Positions 25,886-38,428 of a DNA stretch of 64,000 nucleotides are shown piece by piece. Source of the DNA: Eledone cirrhosa (lineage: Eukaryota); NCBI GenBank assembly GCA_964016885.1, contig OZ024741.1, positions 221,836,001 through 221,900,000 on the forward strand, written 5' to 3'. Below the pieces are notes generated by a model. It saw only the letters and a list, made by a program, of their open reading frames with translations. It made no database searches and was not told the origin of the DNA. The first letter of the stretch is position 1, and every line of letters begins with the position of its first letter. Position numbers and translations under genes: made by a program.

Positions 25886-28612
25886 ATAATAATAATAATA
25901 ATGAAAATATTGTGTACAGTGCTCAGGTGCACAACTCATCAAAGTGTATGTACAGTACATAGGGCAATGCACAAACGCCAGGAAAATGAACAGTGCATGA
26001 GTCATGATATACACATGTGTGCATGTGTATGGAAGGGAGACATCAGGTGTAGTTTTGGCGAATTTTGGGAAGCATGAGGGTTTTAAAGGATGCAGTGTCT
26101 CAGCAGCTAACAACTGACGCAGGCAGTTTGTTCCATGCTTCAGCAACTCTAAGCGTGAAAAAATGTTTCCGAAAATCATGGGAGCTATGCTGTTTTCTGA
26201 CTTTGTAGGCATGTCCACGTGTGTTAGACACATGGAGATCAAAAAGGTGCTCAGAGTTGTTGTTGGCGAAATGGTTAATAACTTTGTGAGTGTTTACCAA
26301 GTCCATTGCCAGACGTCAGAGCTTCAATGAATCCATGCCCAGGGAAGCAAGGCGTTCAGAGTCTGGTAGGTGTCTGATGGAGGGTATGAGCTTTGTTGCA
26401 CGTCTCTGAACAGTTTCCAGGAGGTCAATGTTCTGAGCAAAATAGGGGTTCCAGACTGATGATGCAAATTCCAAGTGTGGTCGTACCATAGCTGTATACA
26501 GCTTTAAATAGATGGCTGGAGAGCGGCTAACAAAGGTCTTGTTAAGTGATGCCAAGACACCCTCGGCCTTCTTGACAATTTTAGAGATGTGCTTTGTCCA
26601 ACGCAAATCGTTGCTGACAGTAATGCCCAGGTCACGTTCACAAGAGGACTTCTTAATATCAGTGTTGTGGAGGGAGTATGTGGACGCTGGATTTTTCCTC
26701 CCAAAATGCATGGTGGTACACTTGTTCACAGCCAGCTTCAGTTGCCAGTCTGTGATCCATTGTTGCATTGTGTCCAGGTCTGATTTTAGGAAAGAGTTAT
26801 AGATTTCAGGATCTGTCCTTTTGATTTCAAGGTACAGCTTGATGTCATCTGCATATTTCAGTACTGTGGCATTCTTTAAGTTGGCATCTATGTCATTAAT
26901 GTATGCAACAAACAAAAGGGCACCAAGAACAGATCCCTGTGGTACACCAGATGACATCTCATATGGTGAAGAATGCTGTCCTAGAACCGTGACTACCTCT
27001 TTTCGGCTGAGAATGAAGGATTTCAACCAGTTAAAAAGATCATCCCTCACACCCATTGCAGAGCGTTTCGCCATAAGTCTTTTGTGTGGCACAGAATTAA
27101 AAGCCTTAGCAAAGTCAAGGTAAACAACATCCACCAATGAGCCACTGTCAGTGATCCGGGTAATCTCTTCAAGGAACTCAATAAGCTGATCACAGCAGCT
27201 GGAGTTAGGGATAAATCCAAATTGCGAGGGCCAGATGAGGCTGTGAGAGCTCCAGAAGTTCCAAAGTGTTTCTCTGACACAGGATTCTATCAGTTTGGCA
27301 ATACAGCTAGTAAGACTAACTGGACGATAGTTGACAGGTGACGTGCGGTCGCCCTTTTTGAACAGGGGAATGACACTGGCAGTTTTCCACTGCTCCGGAG
27401 TAGCACCATTGTTGAGACAGTATTGAAAGAAGAAAGAAAGCTGGTGCAAAAGGAAGTACCCGCCACGTTTGAGAAGCAGGTATGTCACACCATCAAGACC
27501 AGGGGAGGCATAGTTGCACTTATTCTTAAGGTGACGCCGCAACATTGCAGGTGTAAATTCCATTGTTGTTATGGAATTTGATGTTAGAGATGGTGGAGAT
27601 GGTACATTCTGGTTTTCAATAGTAAAAATGCTTGCATAGCACTCAGCAATGAGTTCTGCACATTCTTTGGGATCGTCATTGATCTGGCTTGTGTGGGGAT
27701 TGCGAAGAGGGCCAACTGGAGAGTGAGGTTTCTGCTTTGAATGTACATATTTCCAGAACACCTTACTGTCAGGATTGGTTGCTCTGCTCTGTTCAAATTC
27801 AAGCACTGCCTTTTTTGTCACTTGCTTGAGATGGTTGGAAGATTTATTCCGCTTTTTTCTGTTGGCATCTGATTTATGTAGTTTATATTCCCATTCAGCA
27901 TTCTGACGTTCTTTCCTGGCAAGTTGGACCGCTGAAGTTTCCCAAATTGCACTTTTGGGGTGGGTTTTTTTCTGCTTACGTGGCACTGATGCTGCACATG
28001 CTATACATATTGAGTCCAGGATGCTCTGGAGTATAGTGTTCACATCTCCAGAGTTATAGAACTCATGCCAATTTGGGCGCTGTAGCTCAGTGCAGTACAA
28101 GTTCCAATCTGCTTTCTTCCAATCAAAGCAAGCAGATTGGAGATGGTTCTGGTTTTTGTTGCTGCCCACAAGAGCCAGATTGGCAATGACCATAGCATGA
28201 TCAGAGTCGCCTAGAGGTTCCTCAGTAGTACAACTGATAACCACTTCAGGAGTAGTGGTGAAGAGCAGGTCCAAAGTGTTGTCACCTCTTGTTGGAGAGG
28301 TGACTATATGTGACCAGTTTGAGTCCGGCACTAGCTCAAGGAAATCGTTTGCACTTTGTGGCCAACGAAAGGTTTCCCAATCAATCTCAGGATGATTGAA
28401 GTCACCTGCAATAAACTCATAAGTGGCTGTTTTCCTGGCAGCAGCTCTGAGGATATCGCAAAGCTGTGTGTCCTGATGGTAGTTTGGGAGGCGATAAACA
28501 ACACCAAGCAGAAGTGTTGACATAGTCATACGTATGTCACAGAAAAAAACTTCTTGTGATTCGTTCAAATCAACACAAGGAATTACCGAAAAATTTGAAC
28601 GAACAAACATTT
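25886..28612 (-). mobile_element. CR1/L2-type LINE with a long ORF2 (partial endonuclease and RT)
   Basis: The 784-aa ORF 26316..28670 has GDFN, SDH, NYRPVSL, GVPQGSVLG and YADD. Two in-frame CGA>TGA stops lie near the C-terminus; (TAT)n tail. Confidence 0.93.
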
Positions 28613-29295
28613 TACCAGATAATAATTGGTTATAAAATAGATACAAACAAAAAGGAAAGCAGTGAATCATCAGATTGTACCAAGGAATCTATGTTTCCAT
28701 TGGTCTTTCCGATGCTGATACTATCGGCCAGTTGCAACTGCTGGCAGAAGGAGGCGAAGGGAGAGCATTCAACCATGGAAACCGTGCCAAAATGAAGCAT
28801 TTGAGCAAAACAATCAATGTTGTCTAGTTTCAGACCATGACAACCTGTCCAAATTCATGCCACCATGGAAAACAGAAATAAAACAGTAATGATAATGATG
28901 ACGATTGTGGTAGTGCAGGAGGAGGAGAATTAAATATGTTATAAAAACAAAACAGCTTTTCTAGAAAAAGCAATATTTCAAGAAAAAGCAGTGCATATAA
29001 TGCATGTGAGTTCTATTTTGGAGATTAGTTGCCTATAATTAGGGGTTAAAATTATATAAAAATTTGTGTTATATACACTAATAAATTACAGTAATATATT
29101 TTTCCACTGTAGTTAATGACTGTGATCACAAAAATTAATAATTTCAGTGATTATATATAAGGAATAAGAGAAATCAGAGTTGAATCAATATCAGTAGAAA
29201 ATTTTAAAAAGATGTCCTATTTCAAATTTTAAAAGTATATTCATATTAAAATGTAATAAAAATCATAAATATAAAAAAAGTTAATACATACTCAC

Positions 29296-29327
29296 ATAAA
29301 ATGTCCAAATACAGTATCTGGATTTAT
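29296..29327 (-). CDS. LCMT2: LCMT2/TYW4 exon 8, 32-nt small exon (INPDTVFGHFM)
   Basis: ttgcAG acceptor and GTGAGT donor. It supplies the I.P.D.FG..M motif and the phase needed between exons 7 and 9. Confidence 0.9.
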
Positions 29328-29418
29328 CTGCAAATTAAATTTAAAAAAAACAACAATATTTATTGTATTTTTATTAGTGGAAATTTTGTAATTTTAGAGA
29401 AAAGACTTTACTATTTAA

Positions 29419-29565
29419 TTGTTTCTACTTTTGGCACAAGGCCAGCAATTACCCAGTGCATTACTGGTACTTTATTTTATCGACCCCGTAAGGATGAAAG
29501 GCAAAGTCAACCTCGGCGGGATTTGAACTCAGATCGTAAAGGGACGTAACTATGCTGGAAAGCAT
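29419..29565 (-). mobile_element. 5'-truncated tRNA-SINE
   Basis: Reverse complement of the 12115-12258 SINE body; flanked by tactatttaat repeats. Confidence 0.85.
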
Positions 29566-31085
29566 ACTATTTAATGTGATACAGTTATAGTGCTGTTTTG
29601 TAGTTTTCAAGAATGTCTTGCTAATGTGGTTTTATATGGTTTATTAATTTAAATATCTACAATATCTTTACTAGTGGAGATATTATTGTGAAAATTTGTA
29701 GTATTAGAGTAAAAACTTCAATTTTTAATATGATGCAGTCAGTGCTGTTTTGTACTTTTTGATAATGTCTTGCAATTGTGGTTTCATGTGGTACAGGCTG
29801 TCAAGAGTTGAGGACATACAAATTCAATGTTTTTCAATGACATGGCAGTCAGTATCAACAGGATAAGTATTTTATGCATAGCCTAGTGGTTAAGGTGTTT
29901 GATTCCTGATTGTAAAGTCATAGCTTTGATTCTTGTAGTCATAGGTTTGATTCTTGAACTGAGTGGCACCTTGTGTTCTTGAGCAAAATGCTTTATTTTG
30001 CAATACTTTTTCATGATAGGACTGAGAGCTCCTATCATTTAAACATCACAGAAACCTCCTATGAGATGTAATTTCATTGATGTGAGCTATAACATGATAC
30101 AACTGGAGGGCTCTATCATTAAAACACCCACCAAAAAACCTCCTATGAAATACAACCTCGTAGGAGGCCAACTAAACTTACATAGTTGTGAGCTATAAGT
30201 TTGAATGTTCATTTTCATATATGAGAGATTAATCATAAAATTATTTTATGAGACACAGAATAGCCAAAGTAAATTTATATTATTGAAGAGCTATAAAAAT
30301 GTCCTCTGCAATAGTAGTTGGGATTGACAGAAAGATATACCAATACCTATTCATGTAGGTGTCATGACAAAAAACAGCCAGTCCACACTGTAAATAAGGT
30401 TGGTGTAAGGAAGGATAGCTGTAGAAACCAAGCCCAAATCAGTTCTGTATGATCACGTGACCTAGCATTGCCCACAACAGGACAACTCGTCTAACCCATG
30501 CTAGTGTGGAAAATGGATGTAAAATGGTGATGATGATGATGAAACATACTAATCATCAACATCATCATTTTACGCGTCTAGGTTTTCATGTTCTGAGACT
30601 AGATGGGTAAAATGACCACATATTCCTCATATGTTTCATATTTTGGCATAGTTTCTGCAGCTGGATGTCCTTTCTAATGTCAACCACTTTGCAGAGTGTA
30701 CTGGGTGTATTTTATAGTGGCACTAGCACTACTAATTTACAAAGTGTACTGGCTGCATCGGTAGAACTACTTTACAGAGTGAATTGAGTGATTTTTATCA
30801 TGCCACCAGCAATACCATTTTAAAGAATGTACTGGATGTATTCTATCTTGGCAACTAGGGAGGTTGTTGGTTATTGACTCAACTAAAGCCTTCTCTTCCC
30901 TTTGTGGTTAATGGAAGATGCCTTATCCCAGAGCAACTATAATTAGGGTGTGAGAGAGGGAGTAAAAAGGGGTGACATGTGTGAAGTCATAGGTGTATGA
31001 CAATAGGTGGCAGGGGTGTAAGGAAAGATGACAGGTAAGGTGTTGTGTGTGTTCATAATCAATGCATCAGAAAATATACCAATAC

Positions 31086-31152
31086 CTGTTCATAATCAAT
31101 AAATACAGCATTAGAAAAACTCTCAACAGCCCATTTAATAACATCTTGTGAA
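31086..31152 (-). CDS. LCMT2: LCMT2/TYW4 exon 7 (SQDVIKWAVESFSNAVFIDYEQ)
   Basis: I.WA...F..A.F..YEQ motif; AG/GT bounded; phase matched. Confidence 0.93.
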
Positions 31153-31924
31153 CTGAAAAATAGTTTAATGTAAAATATGAAGAAGCAATTAAATAGAAAG
31201 ATTTTCATTCTTCATATATATATATATATATATTTATAGATATGTAAGGCAACATTAAACCTTTTCATGCAAAACCACCCGAAACTGCCCCTGAAGTGTT
31301 TATTTTAAAATAATTATGTTTATCTAAAAAAAAAAAAAAAACTTCCATTATAATTTTAAGTAAGAACCTTTGTTTACCCTTTAGATACTAAAACGTCTGT
31401 AGATGCTTCTGCTTTTAGGATGCAAAACTGCTTTTTTAGTGTTCATATTTATATTAAAATTTTTCTATCATAATTTTATTCAAGAACTTCTTAAGTTATG
31501 CTCCAAACATCAGTCTAATAATGAATAAGTTAGTTATTTTATTATATTCCTCCAATTTTTTTATTATTATCAAAATTAACTGGAATATATAGATAGTGGG
31601 TTAAGGTGTTTATATTTATATAAAGATCTTCCATCATAATTTTATGTAAGGACTTTTAAGTTAGGATCCAAACACCAGCTTAATGAGAAAGTTAATTATA
31701 TTACTAAATCCCTCCAAATTCTTGAATATTTTCGAAATTATTTGAATATGATAGCTAAAGTCTATCATTAGAAATATGGTAACAAAAGGGTTAAAGAGTT
31801 AAACATTCTTGGATTATAAACTCAATAAAAAAAGAAAAAGAAATCTGGCACAACTAAATAAAAGAAAAAACAGTTCTAATGTAGTTGTCAACTTGCAACT
31901 GTTAAAGAGGAACATCAACTGCAT

Positions 31925-32250
31925 TGATCTGACCTTTGTGAGAGGGCTTGCTAAGTACATAGCCCCTCTCTCCACACTACATTTATCTGACCTGTGTGAG
32001 AAGGCCTGCCAAGACCTAAGCTATAACCCCTTTCTCCACATTCCATTGATCTGACCAGAGTGAGATGGCCTGCCAAACCATAACCACACTCTACTGATCT
32101 GACTAGAGTGAGATGGCCAGCAAAGGCTTTAGACATAACCCCTTTTTCCGCATTGCATTGATCTGACCATCTGAGAGAGCCCTTTTTCTACATTGCATTG
32201 AGCTGACCAGTCTGAGAGGGCCTGCTAAGACCTTTGACATAACCCATTCC
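31925..32250. repeat. Degenerate ~45-60-bp tandem repeat
   Basis: tgatctgacc..tgaga..gcctgc.aagac...ataacccc recurs about 6 times. Confidence 0.8.
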
Positions 32251-32317
32251 CAGATTGCTTAAAAATTAAATAGGAACATAAGCTAGAAGATAAGATATGA
32301 TTGTTTAATCAACTTAC

Positions 32318-32465
32318 TGAGATACTGGTAGATAGGTGAGGACACATTCAGAAAGAAATAATGTAGAGCAAGATCGATCAATATGGCACTGAAGTAGAAT
32401 ATGGTTCAACAGTTGCAACTGGGTTAAGTCGGCACCAATCAGCACATAATCCTTGGAATAGATTT
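32318..32465 (-). CDS. LCMT2: LCMT2/TYW4 exon 6 (EIYSKDYVLIGADLTQLQLL...TLFLSECVLTYLPVS)
   Basis: Y.LIGADL and TLFLSECVLTY motifs; AG acceptor and GTAAGT donor. Confidence 0.95.
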
Positions 32466-33104
32466 CTATAATTATATCATAACACAATCAATGAAATGTC
32501 AAATGAAATTCACAGCTCACACCTATGTAGGTTAAGCTGGCCTTATATGAGGTTGTATTTCATAGGTGGTTTCTTGGGTGTTTTAATGATAGGAGACTCA
32601 GTTCCTATCATAAAAACTTATGTGAAATGAAGTATCTTGCTCAAGAACGCAACAGGCAACCAGGTCCAAGAACTGATCCACAAAAAATATGGAACTTTAC
32701 TCTAAAGATTTTGCAATGATTCAGCAGAAAAATCTCTAAAAGCAAGTTTGTTATTTCATGTTTATAATATCTTGATTAGAAGACAGATCATTGAGAAAAT
32801 TAAGAGCATTAGAGTAAAAACTTTACTATTTAATATGATGCAGTCATAGTATTGATTTGTACTTTTCAAGAATGTCTTGCTAATACAATACAGGTTGTTA
32901 AAAGTTAAAAAATAAGGCTATATTCAAAAATCCTTATAGCTTTATTGCATCAACTATAATCTTCTCATCTAAATGAATATTATGTGTAGCTATGAAGTGT
33001 AATACACTTTTCCAAGTGCCACATCTGTTTAGAATTGTACAAGTTTCTCTAGTATATTTTGAGAATTTCAAAGAAGTTACTCAAGTTTATTGTTTTTAGA
33101 GTAT

Positions 33105-35327
33105 ACTAGCAGAATGGTCCAGCGTTGCTCGGGATTTGCTCTAAGGTTCTTATATATTTGATATATATTTATCCTTATCGAGCCTCGTGAAATAAATACG
33201 TTTGTTTATATTTTGTTATTGTGTATGCAAAAATAACTGTACACGAATATATAATTATATATCTATACATATATATAAAACCACATGAACTTCGTTTTCA
33301 TGCAGTTCATCTTGAGGCCTACTGCAGAGCTTTTGATGTCGAGCTCCCTCTGTAGGCAAAGTACCAACAAGTCGAATGGTGGTTGGCGGTGATGAAATAG
33401 AGGAGGTGGAGGAATATGTCTACCTGAGACAAGAAGTGAACATGCGCCGAGACATTGAGAGGGAGATCTCACGGAGAGTACAACGGCATAAGGGATGTGC
33501 TCAAGGGGAGGTTGGACAAGACCACCCGCGACAACCTCTTCAATAGCACAGTTTTACCTGCAATGTTATATGGCAGTGAAACTTGGGCTACAACAAAGAG
33601 AGAAGAGCAGAGGCTGGTAATGGCTCAAAGAGCCATGGAGAGATCAATGCTAGGAATCTCGTTGAGAGAGCACATCAGGAGCGAAGTCATCAGACAGAAG
33701 TCTGGCGTGAGGGACGTCATCACGGAATATATGCGCAGCAAGTTCAGATGGGCTGGACACGTCGCCCGGTTCACTGATAATCGGTGGACCCGCGCAGTTG
33801 CCGAGTGGTACCCACACAAGCGGAAACGACCACACGGAAGTCCTCCACGAGGGTGGAGTTACGATTTTAAGAATACGATTGGGAATACATGGATGAGGAA
33901 AGCACGATCCAGAGAGGAATGGATGGTGTGCTGTGACCAGCAGCGCTGAATGGAAGCCCGACAGACTGGTCGGTCAAGGTGATCAAGGTGATATATAAAA
34001 CTGTAGTTGTCTGTCTGTGTGTGTGTGTCCTCCTTTTTGCACAGTCTATACAAATCCACATTTCTACTCCGATTGACTTCAAACTTGCATTTATATATTC
34101 CCTGCGGTCTAAAGATATTAACTGCAGCTTTTATTTTTCAATTTTCTGTTCTTAAAGGGGTGTTAGGCGCCGGTTATCGATCTCCGTCGAGCCCTTATAA
34201 TATCTGTCTGTATGTCTACTGTCTGCATTATGACATTATTACAAACACGTCATTGCTGACGTATTACGTTCGCTATTTTCCGTTCATTGCCAGGGAACGT
34301 CTTCACGAACCAAAGTATCGTCTTCCTGTTTTCCTTTGGTTGCAACGTTTTTCGAAATATTTACTTCTGCGTTCACAGATTGATTTTTTTAGTTTCAGAA
34401 GATCCCGTTAAGGGTGAAAGCAGCAATTCTTTGCTTAAACTTTAATCTGTTATTTTAATATATAATATAAGTGAGACAAGCCAGCCCAGTTGCCATTTCT
34501 TGCCAATAAATATTAACCCTTTGTGCGCCATTCATCTAACTGTAGACCAACAAATACCAACTAAACGGAGCGTTGACAAGAATCATGGCGAATGAATCTT
34601 CGAGGTAAGCAGTTTCCTCCCGAGCTTTTAGTTCACGCAGGATTCTCTGCTACACCTTTTCATAATAATACCGAACAACGTACTGCTGGTCATTCCTTCC
34701 TCCAAAAACGGACAAAGCGGACATGTGTATCGGGCAGATGGATTGGGTGCAAATCTACACCAGGCCTACGCGAGAAATTCGCAAGAGACTGCACCGACAG
34801 GGATAGAGAGAAAGAGTAACTAAGCGACAAGAGTGCGAATTAACTTTTGAGGTAAGTAGCCTACGCCTTACTGCTGTGACACTGGAACCTTCTGCCAACT
34901 TAACCTGTGACTTTCTCTTTCACATTTACTCCAATAGGCCAAAACAGAGGAGTATGAAAAGAAGGGGCTCAACAATATTTCTATGAACAATGCACGTAGA
35001 CAGCTAAACTGTACTTTCAACTTCTTAATTTTCTCCAAATAAAACAAGTTTCCTGTCGGTATATTTTCGTGAGTTTTTAACAGACACTCACAAATAAACG
35101 TTTCTCATTGGAGGTGCTATTACCAATGTTGTTATCCGTGCAACGCCGGGATACACTGCTAGTATATATATTAAAATAACAGATTAATGTTTAAGCAAAG
35201 AATCGCTGCTTTCACCATTAACGGGATCTTCTGAAACTAAAAAAAATCAATCTGTGAACGCAGAAGTAAATATTTCGAAAAACATTACACACTATATATA
35301 TATACACACACTATATATATATACACA

Positions 35328-35382
<55 letters not shown>

Positions 35383-35679
35383 TACACAGAGCTACGTCAT
35401 AATGTCATAATACAAACAGCCAGGCATACAAACAGATATTATAAGGGCGCAACGTTATATCTATGTATCTATCTAAAAAGAGAAAGACTAAAAGTTATAG
35501 AGAGAGATCGCTAAATCGCCTAATGCGGCATTGAAAATTTGAAATTTCTTTGTTCAAAACACTCACAGGACAATAAGTATTACATGTGTAAAGTTTGAAA
35601 ACAATCGGTTGGGTGGTTCTCGAGTTTTAGTGATCAGACAGACAGACAGACAGACATTCTCTGTTTTAGATATATAGAT
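33105..35679 (+). mobile_element. Non-autonomous Helentron/HINE (DINE-1-like) element containing an inverted second copy (33260-35163)
   Basis: 5' ACTAGC..CAGCGTTGCTCGGG and 3' aagtttga...atcgg...(GACA)n...TATAGAT. The same termini occur in reverse at 35163 and 33260, and the two copies share inverted internal blocks. Confidence 0.65.
33282..33990 (+). mobile_element. RTE-type LINE fragment (different family) with a 5' inversion
   Basis: ORF 33455..33949 has YGSETW and KFRWAGHVAR; (CAAGGTGAT)n tail; TSD ATATATAAAAC. The first ~70 bp (GLKMN..KTKFM) are on the minus strand. Confidence 0.85.
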
Positions 35680-35769
35680 AATGTATTTTGTAAAGTGTGT
35701 ATGGACGGGACTACAGATGGCGCGTGAAGAGGGATAGTGTGAAAATGTTTTGTTACCTAAGAGACATTG

Positions 35770-36245
35770 ATTAGAAAAGATGGATTGAACTGGCAACAAT
35801 ATCTACAGTGTGATGTGCATGGAAGAAGTTCTGAGAATTGAGTGGTGTATTAATGAGGAGGTGAGTGTCACTGAAACTGACAGAAAAGGTATATGAGAAG
35901 TGCCATGATGTATGAAAGTGAGACATGGGTGACGAATGGGAATGGACCAATGGATGAGTGGAATATTGCCAAGAGAGAAAGGAAGACAAACACTGAATTA
36001 CAGGGGATAGTGGGAATAGAACAGGTGATGAATTTTGTGTATTTGGATTAGAGAAGTGATAGAATAAATGTAGAAGGAAGTAGAAAGGGAAGACCAAGAA
36101 AGACATGCCTGGAATTGATCATGGAAGAAATGAAAGCCAGGGGTTGGTGAAAGGAGATATAGACAATAGGGCAAAATGGCAAAGCTTTTCATGAGACCTG
36201 CAAGGTTAACCCTTGCTTTAGCAGGGAAGATAGCTTAAAAATGCT
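35770..36245 (+). mobile_element. Old RTE 3' fragment
   Basis: Decayed WKKF.EL, SETW and GRPRKT motifs. Confidence 0.6.
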
Positions 36246-36392
36246 TGTTGTATAATATATTTCGTTCATTTGTAGTTAAAATTAGTAACACAAGAAATAT
36301 TTATTGCTAACAGGCATACTAAATGCCAAATCAATCATGTTTACTTAGCAATTATGATTTAAAATGTTAAAATCAAAGAAATATCAACTTAC

Positions 36393-36504
36393 CAACCAAA
36401 TCAGGTAAGTTAATTTTGTCATCAAAGTCTTCTATTAATTCACTTAAATCTTTCACTTCTTTTATCAAAGTAGCTTTTCTTTTGACAACATCCAAAAAGT
36501 CAAC
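36393..36504 (-). CDS. LCMT2: LCMT2/TYW4 exon 5 (VDFLDVVKRKATLIKEVKDLSELIEDFDDKINLPDLV)
   Basis: EVDF..V..RK motif; AG acceptor and GTAAGT donor; phase matched. Confidence 0.93.
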
Positions 36505-36989
36505 CTGAAATATATTTATTGGCTTTGAACCTATTTGTTACCATATCTCTAATAAGAGGCACTGCATATGGTTTTCTAATCATTTTGAAAATAATCAAGA
36601 ATTTGGAAGGATTTAGTAATATAAATATAACTGATTTCATTATTATGCTGGTGTTTGGAACATAATTTAAGAAAGGTTCTTACCTAAAATTATGATTGTA
36701 GGTTTTTAGATAAATGTAAATACTTTAAAATAAACAGCTCTGTATCAGAGAACTGGAGATGGTTTCAGGCAGTTTGGTATTAAAAGGATTAATGTAATGA
36801 TTTAGAAGAAAATATTTTAAAACTATTTATGAATTATTCTAAAATTATTTGAAAATCAAAGGCAATGTCTTTCATTAGAAATATGTTAATGAAATAGTTA
36901 ACGTATTTGTTTATTTTATAGTAAAAGGTCAGCATGGAAAAGCAGACATAAAACTATGATGTACATTAAAATCAAATTGTAAATTTTAC

Positions 36990-37073
36990 CTCATAAAAAA
37001 CACAGTTTTCCAAAAGCCCTTGAGATTTCAGTCTGAAGTAAGCAGTGTCAAAGCCAGCACCAAGAGAAATTAT
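36990..37073 (-). CDS. LCMT2: LCMT2/TYW4 exon 4 (IISLGAGFDTAYFRLKSQGLLENCVFYE)
   Basis: SAM-binding motif I (SLGAGFDT); AG/GT bounded; 84 nt. Confidence 0.95.
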
Positions 37074-37555
37074 CTGAAACATTAACATTAAACTTCAAGC
37101 ATAATTTAATTTCTTCACTTTTTCCAATATAAGATATTCTGTGGTCATTAGCATAACATTCTTCAACAATTAAAATTTACAAATCTATTTAAAATATGTT
37201 GAAAAGGATAAGATAGAAAGAACAAAAATGAATTTTTATGACAGTACTAACCTTTTTCACATTTTCAAACCATATTTATAACAAAAGACATTGTCTATGA
37301 TTTTGAAAATAATCAAGAATATAAACAGAATTATTAATATAACTAACTTCCTCATTATTAAACTGGTATTTGGAATATAACTTCATAAAGGTTATTAAAA
37401 TTAAGTTGGAAGGTTTTTAGATAACTAAAACAAACCATTTTGTAACATAAAACCAAGACTGGTTTCAAGAAGTTTGGTAGGAAAAGGGTTAAATAATTAT
37501 TAGGATGAAATAATGAATAGTGAGACAAGTAAATCAGCAAATATGAGTAACCAAC

Positions 37556-37640
37556 CTGCCTTTTTCCAGATATTATGTTTGAAGACTTAAGAAACACCTT
37601 CAAAATATTGTCAATGGCATAAGATCTGATGTAGTAACCT
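37556..37640 (-). CDS. LCMT2: LCMT2/TYW4 exon 3 (GYYIRSYAIDNILKVFLKSSNIISGKRQ)
   Basis: AG/GT bounded and phase matched. It completes the RGYYxR motif. Confidence 0.95.
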
Positions 37641-38303
37641 CTGTAGAAACAGAAGAAAATATGATAAAATACAGTTATAAGAATAAGAAATTTTATATTG
37701 ATAGCATCCTCTGCATGTTGTTCAAGACATTCAGAGTAAAATGAAATAGAAAATAGTGTTTTTTTGTTTTTTCAGAGAGCTATAGCAATGCAAATAGGAC
37801 ATTAACCAAATAGCACACTGAATTTTTTTAATGAATTGTTTCCCTTAACACTGCATTATGTATTAAGGGGAGATTACTCTCTTTTCGCGATTTCTCAGCG
37901 ACAGCGTGCTGAAGATTAAGTATTAAAAATGACCATAGAGGTGTTTAATTAGTTCTTAATATTTGGGAATGAAATTCCTTTATCAGAAGAAGAGTTCTTA
38001 AGCTGGCATAATAACAACACAAGGTTCCCTTAACTCTTCTTTTGATGATGTGATTTTATCATGAAATATTAAGGACTAATTAAAAATCTCCAAGATAACA
38101 TTCCAAACAACTTTTTAATGGGTTTTTTTAACATATATTTGCATTATTGTAACTCTCTGAAAAAAACACAATTTTCTACACTTTCCACAATGCTTCAAGA
38201 AAACTACAACACCCACTTAAATAAAATATATTAAAATGGACAGTTTTGTATGAAAGAATTATGGGCAATCTCAAATGGGTTGGTAAGACAAGGGTTAAAT
38301 TAC

Positions 38304-38428
38304 CGATGAATCAGTGGTGATCTTCTTGATTCCTTTGCCACGAAATGTGATAAAAACTTATCCTGAAAATAACCATATTTCACCATAGATGATTTACTGA
38401 CAATGCTGAAGTCATTTGTCCCTTGAAC
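38304..38428 (-). CDS. LCMT2: LCMT2/TYW4 exon 2 (VQGTNDFSIVSKSSMVKYGYFQDKFLSHFVAKESRRSPLIHR)
   Basis: tttcAG acceptor and GTaa donor. VQxTND..SK.S...GY..D.F...RR.PLIHR is the LCM methyltransferase N-terminal signature. Confidence 0.95.

Noticed and set aside
28660-28760. Thrice-repeated hairpin gaccaatggaaac...gtttccttggtc (also at 48117-48214 and 50290-50360) as a novel structured RNA or ribozyme
   Set aside because: It does not fit twister, pistol, HDV or hammerhead topology. It is more simply a decayed LINE RT fragment (NYRPI..S..KTMETI-like).
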